From assembly GCA_963760125.1 (NCBI GenBank), contig CAVXBV010000002.1:109244-173243 (forward strand): DNA of 64,000 bases, in the 5' to 3' direction. This document shows, in pieces, positions 58,113 through 64,000 of this stretch. Position 1 is the first letter of the stretch, and each line of letters opens with the position of its first letter. This stretch comes from an uncultured Actinomycetota bacterium (GTDB lineage: Bacteria > Actinomycetota > Actinomycetes > Mycobacteriales > SCTD01). The notes beneath the pieces are model-generated. The model made no database searches, had not been told where the DNA came from, and worked only from the letters and a program-made list of their open reading frames with translations. A program made the translations under genes and the position numbers.

Positions 58113-58496
58113 GTGAGCGAGAAGGTCTGCGCCGAGGTGCGCACCAACCTCCCGGCGTACGTCGACCGGTCCCTGGACCCCCTACGCCGGCGGCTGCTGG
58201 CGCTGCACCTGAGGCGGTGCTCGACCTGCCAGGCGGAGTTCAGCGCCCAGCGCGACCTCGCCGCGAGCCTTGCGTCCCTCGCTGGGCGAGGCGAGACGCC
58301 ACCGGAGGGGTTGCTCGAGCAGCTGCTGGAGCAGTCAGGATCCCCTCGCGGAGCCACCCCGCTGCGTGGCGCCGTGAGCGGGGCCCGACCGATCCTGTCG
58401 GTGGCTCTGCTCGCTGCCGGCGCAGCGTCGGCGGCCGGGGCCGGCTACGCCTCGTGGCTGTCCGCCAAGCACCTGCGCCGCCGCCTGCGTCGCTGA
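58113..58496 (+). CDS. Zinc-finger (zf-HC2 type) anti-sigma factor with a C-terminal TM helix
   Basis: C-x22-H-x3-C-x2-C (CAEVRTNL...LALHLRRCSTCQAEF). It starts 4 nt after the sigma stop codon. Confidence 0.8.
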   Translation: MSEKVCAEVRTNLPAYVDRSLDPLRRRLLALHLRRCSTCQAEFSAQRDLAASLASLAGRGETPPEGLLEQLLEQSGSPRGATPLRGAVSGARPILSVALLAAGAASAAGAGYASWLSAKHLRRRLRR

Positions 58497-58522
58497 CCCT
58501 CCGCCGGGTAAGGGCCCCCTCG

Positions 58523-59650
58523 ATGACCACCACGGAGCAGACCCCGGGCCGCGCTGACGTGCTGCGCGCCACGGTGACGCCTCTGGCCTCGATCTTCGGT
58601 TCGGGGTTCCTCATCCTCGTGCCGATCCTGGCCCGGTCGCTGGGCCGCTGGTCCGCCCTCGGCATGGCCGCCGTGTGCGCCCTGGCCTGGTGCCTCGGGA
58701 ACGCCGTGCGTCACAACGTGCGGACGGTGGAGGGGCAGGACCTCGGTGTTGCCGTCCGGCGGTTGGAGCGGGCGTCGGACCTGACGATCGTCGTGGCCTA
58801 CGTCATCTCGGTTGCGCTCTACCTGCGGATCCTGGCGCAGTTCGTCGTGGGCTACGCCGGGGGGTCGCTCGGTGCGCAGAAGGTGCTGGCCGTCGCGGTG
58901 GTCGCCGTCATCACCGCGGTGGGCCTGGTACGCGGGCTGCACGGGCTGGAGGTGCTCGAGCGGTTAGCCCTGGCAGTGGTCATCGTCATCGTGCTCGTGC
59001 TGCTCGTGACGTTTGCGGTGCGCGACCTCTCGTTGTTGGTCGGTGACGGGGTGACGCTGACGCGGGCGCACGACGGCGTGGGCGGGGCGCTGCTGGTGCT
59101 GGGCGGCATCGTCATCACCGTGCAGGGCTTCGAGACGATCCGCTACCAGCCCGACGTCGATGCGGATGTCCGGGTGGCGGCGAGCCGGCTGGCGCAGCTC
59201 GTGGCGACCGGGGTGTACATCGCGCTGGTGGGACTGGCGACACCGCTGATGTCGATCGCCGAGCAGGACGGCAACGCCGGGCAGCTGCTCACCTTCGTGC
59301 AGTCGGTGGCGCCGTGGCTCGCGCTGCCGCTGGTCGTGACCGCCGCGCTGAGCCAGTTCAGCGCTGCGACGGCGGACACCGAGGCAGGCAAGGGCAACCT
59401 GCAGGTCCTGCCCGTCAAGGCGCTGCACGGCAAGGCCGGGTACGTCGTCATCGGTCTCGCCGCGGCAGGGCTGGCGTCGTCGCTGAGTACGAGCGTCATC
59501 GTCGTGGTCGCCAGTCGGGCGTTCGCCGCCTACTACGCGCTCCAGTGCGCAGTGGCCACGGTTCCTTCGCAGGGGTGGCGACGAGCCGGGTTCATCGCGC
59601 TGGGGCTGGTGATGGTCGCCGTGACGGTGCTCGCCAAACCGGCCGGCTGA
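58523..59650 (+). CDS. Polytopic membrane protein (about 10-11 TM helices), unknown family (permease-like)
   Basis: 375 aa hydrophobic ORF, third gene of the sigma / anti-sigma unit. Confidence 0.6.
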   Translation: MTTTEQTPGRADVLRATVTPLASIFGSGFLILVPILARSLGRWSALGMAAVCALAWCLGNAVRHNVRTVEGQDLGVAVRRLERASDLTIVVAYVISVALYLRILAQFVVGYAGGSLGAQKVLAVAVVAVITAVGLVRGLHGLEVLERLALAVVIVIVLVLLVTFAVRDLSLLVGDGVTLTRAHDGVGGALLVLGGIVITVQGFETIRYQPDVDADVRVAASRLAQLVATGVYIALVGLATPLMSIAEQDGNAGQLLTFVQSVAPWLALPLVVTAALSQFSAATADTEAGKGNLQVLPVKALHGKAGYVVIGLAAAGLASSLSTSVIVVVASRAFAAYYALQCAVATVPSQGWRRAGFIALGLVMVAVTVLAKPAG

Positions 59651-59693
59651 CGGCCTCGACCGGGGGAATCCTCCGCCGAACCGCGGTCGGCCC

Positions 59694-60635
59694 TCAGACC
59701 CGGTGCTGCGCCAGAAGGGCGGCCTCCTCGCTCTCGGAGGGACCGGTCACCAACGGCGGCAGCCCGCGCCGAACGTCCCAGGCGCGGGTGTCCGCCACGG
59801 TTTGGGCGAGCGGGGTCTGCGGCATCCCCACTGCCCGCGCGGCCGCCGCGCTGATCCTGAAGAGCGCGTCCCACGACGCGTCCGGCAGGCAGAACGGGAA
59901 CTCCGCCGCCTCCTCGTCGACGGGGACCACCTGGGCCTCCCCGCACGCCCGGACGAGCTCGGCGAGCGTGAGAGGCGCCGCAGGACCGACGGCGTTGTAC
60001 GCACCGGGCCTGTCCTGCTCGACCAGGAGCACCACCAGTCGGGCCAGGTCCCGGACGTCGATCACCTGCACCGGTCGGTCGACGGGCGTAGGGACAGCCA
60101 CGTGGGACCGGCTCGCCCGACGGATCCAGTAGCTCAGCTGGTCGCTGTAGTCCTCCGGGCCGACGACCCAGCCAGGCCGCACGATCGTCGCGCGCTCGCC
60201 GTACAGCCTCGTCAACTCCTGCTCGCAAGCCACCTTCAAGGGGCCGTACGACTCGTCCTCGTCTCCCCCCGGCTCCCGAACGCCGGGGAGCAGCGGGGAC
60301 ACCTCCGTGAGCACCTCACCGGCCGCCAGCCGGTCGTAGACCATGCCGGTGGAGATGAGCAGGTAGCGGCCCGGGTGCTCCCCGAGTGCGTCGGCCGCCT
60401 GCGTGACGTGTCGCGGCTGGTAGGCGGTGACGTCGATGGCGGCGTCGAAGCGCTGGCCGCGCAGGCTGTCGTAGTCAGCCGTGTCACGATCACCGACCAG
60501 CCGCTCGACTCCAGCGAACAGGTCCGTGCCGGTACGCCCCCGGTTGAACAGGACCGGGGTGTGGCCGCGGTCCAGCAGATCGTCGACGATCCACCGGCCG
60601 ACGAACGACGTGCCCCCGAGCACCAGGACCCTCAT
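59694..60635 (-). CDS. NAD-dependent epimerase/dehydratase family (extended SDR) protein
   Basis: MRVLVLGGTSFVGRWIVDDLLDRGH (GxxGxxG). Confidence 0.8.
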   Translation of the reverse strand: MRVLVLGGTSFVGRWIVDDLLDRGHTPVLFNRGRTGTDLFAGVERLVGDRDTADYDSLRGQRFDAAIDVTAYQPRHVTQAADALGEHPGRYLLISTGMVYDRLAAGEVLTEVSPLLPGVREPGGDEDESYGPLKVACEQELTRLYGERATIVRPGWVVGPEDYSDQLSYWIRRASRSHVAVPTPVDRPVQVIDVRDLARLVVLLVEQDRPGAYNAVGPAAPLTLAELVRACGEAQVVPVDEEAAEFPFCLPDASWDALFRISAAAARAVGMPQTPLAQTVADTRAWDVRRGLPPLVTGPSESEEAALLAQHRV

Positions 60636-60682
60636 GCTCGAACCGTAGGCCCTGACAGGCCTGCAACGATGACGTCGGCTGA

Positions 60683-60883
60683 GGCCAGACGTCGCCCGGT
60701 CCTGCGGGTACGTCGATCCTGCACCTCGACTTCCTCGTCGACGACTTGGTCGCCGCGGAGCAGCGCGTGCTCAGCGCCGGTGCCACGCGGTTCACGTTCC
60801 AGCCCAATGCGGAGCACTGCCTGGTCTTCGCCGACCCCGCCGGCCACCCCTTCTGCCTGACCACCGTGGACGAGCTCGGATGA
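60683..60883 (+). pseudogene. Remnant of a VOC / glyoxalase-like-domain gene (C-terminal half only, no usable start codon)
   Basis: This frame reads ...ILHLDFLVDDLVAAEQRVLSAGATRFTFQPNAEHCLVFADPAGHPFCLTTVDELG*. There is an in-frame TGA at 60680-60682 and no ATG or GTG after it. The N-terminal module is missing. Confidence 0.45.
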
Positions 60884-60964
60884 ACGAGCCTGAGCCGTCG
60901 GCGGTGCCAGGCCTGGACCTCGGAGACTGGCAGGGGCGCCGCCCGGTCCCCTGACGCGCATGAC

Positions 60965-62551
60965 CTAGTCGGCGGACGCGACGAGCGGCTCGAGCACCAC
61001 GTCGGGCAGGTCGCGCTGGGTCCGGCCCAGGCGCCAGGTGTCGGCGAACAGCGCGAGCCACTCCCCGTCGGTGTCGCGGAGCAGGCACTCGACACCGCTC
61101 TGCTGGTCGAGCGCGACGACGTGCTCGCGGGTGGTGCGCCGGGCCAAGGAGTAGGGCAGCCGGTCGAGGGTCACCTCTGCGCCCATCTCGCCCTTCATCC
61201 GATGGGTCGCGACCTCGAACTGCATGGGACCGACGGCCGCCAGCACCGGCGCCTGGTCGCCACGCCGGTCGGAGCGAAGGACCTGCACGACGCCCTCCTG
61301 CTCGAGCTGCTCGATGCCTCGACGGAACTGCTTGTAGCGGCCGCTGTCGAGCGCGCGGCACACCGCGAAGTGCTCGGGAGCGAAGGACGGGATCGGCGGG
61401 AAGGCGACGTGCTCGTCGGTGTAGAGCGAGTCGCCGACCCGCAGGGCACTGGCGTTGACCAGACCGACCACGTCGCCGGGGTAGGCCGTGTCGACGGTCT
61501 GCCGGTCCTGACCGAAGACTTGCTGGGCGTACTTGGTGGCGAACGGCTTCTTGGTCGCGGCGTGGATCACCACCGACCCTCGCTCGAAGACGCCCGAGCA
61601 GACCCGGATGTAGGCGAGGCGGTCGCGATGGGCGCTGTCCATGCCGGCCTGGATCTTGAAGACGAAGCCGCTGAACGGCGCGCCCACGTCCCGGTGACGG
61701 CCGTCCTCGTCCTCGCGCGCGCCGGGGGCCGGGGCCAGCTCGAGGAGCGCGTCGAGCAGCTGGCCCACCCCGAAGTTGAGGACGGCCGAGCCGAACAGCA
61801 CGGGCGTGGCGCGGTGGTCGAGGTAGGCCTCGACGTCGAGGTCGCCGTCGTCGGCGCCCATCAGCTCGGACTCCTCGACCGCTGTGGTCCAGGCGTCCCC
61901 GTGGGCGGCGAACGCCTCCTCCGGGGACATCACGGTGTTGGTGGCGAGGGTCGCTCCTCCCGCCGTACGCGTGAACTGCACGAACTGGCCGGTACGGCGG
62001 TCGAGCACCCCGCGGAAGTCACCGGCGATGCCGACGGGCCAGGTCAGCGGCGTCGGCTTGAGCCCGGTCTTCGCGAAGACCTCGTCCATCAGCTGCAGCG
62101 GGTCGTGGCCCGGCCGGTCCCACTTGTTGATGACGGTGAGGACCGGGATGCGGCGGTGTCGGCACACCTCGAACAGCTTGAGGGTCTGCGGCTCCATCCC
62201 CTTGGCCGCGTCGACCAGCATCACCGCGCTGTCGACGGCCGCCAGCACGCGGTAGGTGTCCTCGGAGAAGTCGGCGTGCCCAGGGGTGTCGACCAGATTG
62301 ACGACCGCGTCGCCGTAGGCGAACTGCAGCGCCGCGCTGGAGATCGAGATGCCACGCGCCTTCTCGATGTCCATCCAGTCGCTGACGGTGGACTTCCGCC
62401 CGGCCTTGCCGTGGATGTGGCCCGCCTGGGTGATCACCCGGGCGTGCAGCGCGAGCGCCTCGGTGAGGGTCGACTTCCCGGCGTCGGGGTGGCTGATGAC
62501 CGCGAAGGTGCGACGACGGGCAGCCTCCGCGACGGCGGCGGTGGCAGACAC
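60965..62551 (-). CDS. prfC: Peptide chain release factor 3
   Basis: RRRTFAVISHPDAGKSTLTE, VNLVDTPGHADF and INKWDR. GTG 62551 follows AAGGAG; the ORF extends to 62575. Confidence 0.92.
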   Translation of the reverse strand: MSATAAVAEAARRRTFAVISHPDAGKSTLTEALALHARVITQAGHIHGKAGRKSTVSDWMDIEKARGISISSAALQFAYGDAVVNLVDTPGHADFSEDTYRVLAAVDSAVMLVDAAKGMEPQTLKLFEVCRHRRIPVLTVINKWDRPGHDPLQLMDEVFAKTGLKPTPLTWPVGIAGDFRGVLDRRTGQFVQFTRTAGGATLATNTVMSPEEAFAAHGDAWTTAVEESELMGADDGDLDVEAYLDHRATPVLFGSAVLNFGVGQLLDALLELAPAPGAREDEDGRHRDVGAPFSGFVFKIQAGMDSAHRDRLAYIRVCSGVFERGSVVIHAATKKPFATKYAQQVFGQDRQTVDTAYPGDVVGLVNASALRVGDSLYTDEHVAFPPIPSFAPEHFAVCRALDSGRYKQFRRGIEQLEQEGVVQVLRSDRRGDQAPVLAAVGPMQFEVATHRMKGEMGAEVTLDRLPYSLARRTTREHVVALDQQSGVECLLRDTDGEWLALFADTWRLGRTQRDLPDVVLEPLVASAD

Positions 62552-62735
62552 GTGGCTCCTTGCGTCGGGGACCACAGCCTACCGACTGGACGCGCTTCCC
62601 CTCCTCGCCTGCGTCCTCCCCTCCCGCACGCGTGGCGCTGGCCACACCCCTTTGTGCGCTAGTGATCTTGAGGAGGGGGATATCTCCCTCAGAGACGGCG
62701 GGTCGCCGTCGGACCACAGCCGAGAGGTGAACACC

Positions 62736-62978
62736 ATGCGCATCCCCCACGTCAGCCCCAAGAACGCCGCCGGTTTCGCCCACAAGGTCGTCGGCCTGGG
62801 CAAGGAGCTCACCGGCGAGATCGTCGGCAAGCGCTCACTGGTCGAGGCCGGAGAGGCCCAGCAGGACAAGGGCACCGAGCAGCTGAAGGCGCTGCGCGCC
62901 GAGCTGAAGGCGGACGGCCACGAGGCCAGCGCCAAGGCGCACGAGTCGCGCGAGCTCGCGGCGCAGTCCGCCAAGTAG
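62736..62978 (+). CDS. CsbD-family stress protein
   Basis: ...KVVGLGKELTGEIVGKRSLVEAGEAQQDKGTEQLK... Start is ATG 62736 after GAGAGG. Confidence 0.7.
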   Translation: MRIPHVSPKNAAGFAHKVVGLGKELTGEIVGKRSLVEAGEAQQDKGTEQLKALRAELKADGHEASAKAHESRELAAQSAK

Positions 62979-63018
62979 CCCCACCCCGCACTCACCCCCA
63001 CACCACGAGGAGACCGCC

Positions 63019-63222
63019 ATGGGCGCGTTCGAAGAGATCAAGGGCAAGGCCAAGGAAGCCGTCGGCGACATCACCGGCAACGAGGCCCTCGAGCAGGAGG
63101 GCAAGGCGCAAAGTGACAAGGGCGCCGACGAGCGTCAGGCCACGGAGGCTCGCGCCGAGGCGAAGGCCCACGAGAAGGCCGCCGAGGCCGCGGACAAGCG
63201 CCAGCAGCTGGCCGAGAGCTAG
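63019..63222 (+). CDS. CsbD-family stress protein
   Basis: MGAFEEIKGKAKEAVGDITGNEALEQEGKAQSDKG, the canonical CsbD motif. Confidence 0.85.
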   Translation: MGAFEEIKGKAKEAVGDITGNEALEQEGKAQSDKGADERQATEARAEAKAHEKAAEAADKRQQLAES

Positions 63223-63227
63223 CAAAG

Positions 63228-63272
63228 ACGACGAAGCCCCCGTGATCCGCGTGGACCCGGGGGCTTCGTCGT
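63228..63272 (+). terminator. Stem-loop terminator after the csbD pair
   Basis: ACGACGAAGCCCCCG-15 nt-CGGGGGCTTCGTCGT. Confidence 0.7.
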
Positions 63273-63301
63273 GCCTGGCGGACGTGCGTCGAGCTCCTGC
63301 G

Positions 63302-63377
63302 TGGAGCCGCCTGTCAGAATCGAACTGACGACCTATTCATTACGAGTGAATCGCTCTACCAACTGAGCTAAGGCGGC
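63302..63377 (-). tRNA. tRNA-Thr (anticodon CGU), CCA encoded
   Basis: GCCGCCT-TA-GCTC-AGTTGGTA-GAGC-G-ATTCA-CTCGTAA-TGAAT-AGGTC-GTCAG-TTCGATT-CTGAC-AGGCGGC-T-CCA. Confidence 0.93.
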
Positions 63378-63434
63378 GGTGTACGGCGCAAGTCTAGGGC
63401 ACTCACCACCCTGTTCCGCAGAGCGTCGAGCCGG

Positions 63435-64000
63435 TCAGCCGGAGCGCAGGGTGAGGGCCATCGACTCGACGGCCAGCAGCGGCGCCACGTTGCCGTCGAT
63501 CGCCGTGCGGCACGCGAGGACCGCGTCGAGGCGACGCACGGTCGACTCGGGGCTGGTGCGGGACGCGATCGTGGCGGCCTGCTCGGCGAGGTCGGCGTGG
63601 ACCGGGGCGACCCCGGACCCGAGCTGGACCGCCAGCACGTCGCGGTAGAAGGCCGCAAGGTCGAGCAGCGCGCGATCGAGGGCGTCGCGCTGGGTGCGCG
63701 TCCCGCGCGACTTCTGCTGCTTCTCCAGCTCCTTGAGCGCACCGGCTCCGCCCTTGGGGGCGGCCCCGGCGTACCCCTTGCCGGTGGCGCCGCCGCCCAG
63801 CGCCGTGGTCAGCGCCTCGCGCTCGGGCTCGTCGCGCAGCGTCGACAGCTTCGTGGCCTCGTCCTTGGCCGCGTCGACGAGGTCCTTCGCGGCGCCCAGG
63901 GCCTGCCCGATCGTGGTGAGCGAGCGGGTCATGGCCAGGACGTCCCGGCGCTCTGCGCGCGCCAGCTCATCGGTGGCCAGCCGACGGGCGCGCCCGATGT
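63435..64000 (-). CDS. holB: DNA polymerase III subunit delta' (C-terminal part; the gene runs off the right edge)
   Basis: The reading frame stays open to position 64000 (...IGRARRLATDELARAERRDVLAMTRSLTTI...). The C-terminal region and the adjacent tRNA-Thr match the actinobacterial holB locus as I recall it. Confidence 0.7.
   Translation of the reverse strand, partial: IGRARRLATDELARAERRDVLAMTRSLTTIGQALGAAKDLVDAAKDEATKLSTLRDEPEREALTTALGGGATGKGYAGAAPKGGAGALKELEKQQKSRGTRTQRDALDRALLDLAAFYRDVLAVQLGSGVAPVHADLAEQAATIASRTSPESTVRRLDAVLACRTAIDGNVAPLLAVESMALTLRSG

Noticed and set aside
60669-60860. An ATG-initiated ORF (MTSAEARRRPVLRVRRSCTSTSSS...) in the SDR/prfC spacer.
   Set aside because: It is Ser/Thr/Arg low-complexity sequence. 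The +2 frame over the same DNA gives a clean VOC-domain half, so I favour the remnant interpretation.

Overview
This is a 64 kb, very high-GC chromosomal segment, by eye above 70% GC, and looks actinobacterial. All calls come from reading the supplied translations and the DNA by eye; no database, HMM or covariance search was run, and start codons are approximate where noted.

The window is almost entirely housekeeping genes. Gene order matches two blocks I recall from Mycobacterium tuberculosis:
- the groEL2 / Cdc48-like ATPase / LytR_C / DUF3263 neighbourhood (about 1-9.2 kb);
- the rlmB-cysS-ispF-ispD-carD ... radA-disA ... mutY ... clpC1-lsr2-lysS-coaX-panDC-folKBP-ftsH-hpt-tilS-dacB-ppa ... 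holB block (about 13.7-64 kb).

I support about 70 CDS, 2 tRNA-Thr genes, a SAM-I riboswitch, two CIRCE operators, several stem-loop terminators and one 11-bp tandem repeat. I saw no CRISPR array, transposase, integrase or prophage signature.

The most interesting content lies in insertions between the conserved blocks:
1. **Che-like operon.** Five genes are chained by ATGA overlaps: Hpt-like, CheB, CheR-TPR, CheW and a 56-aa membrane peptide. The window contains no CheA and no MCP. A PAS-GAF histidine kinase with a stand-alone receiver lies close by, which suggests a split His-Asp-His-Asp phosphorelay feeding a protein methylation/demethylation module.
2. **MidA-NuoD pair.** A MidA/NDUFAF7-type methyltransferase is translationally coupled to an orphan, shortened NuoD/NDUFS2-like protein. 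That protein keeps the LHRG(A/T)EK arginine that NDUFAF7 methylates in mitochondrial complex I.
3. **SAM-I riboswitch.** It sits on a zinc-ribbon ThrC-like gene, which argues for a methionine-pathway role rather than threonine synthesis.

Smaller oddities are listed separately in the findings.
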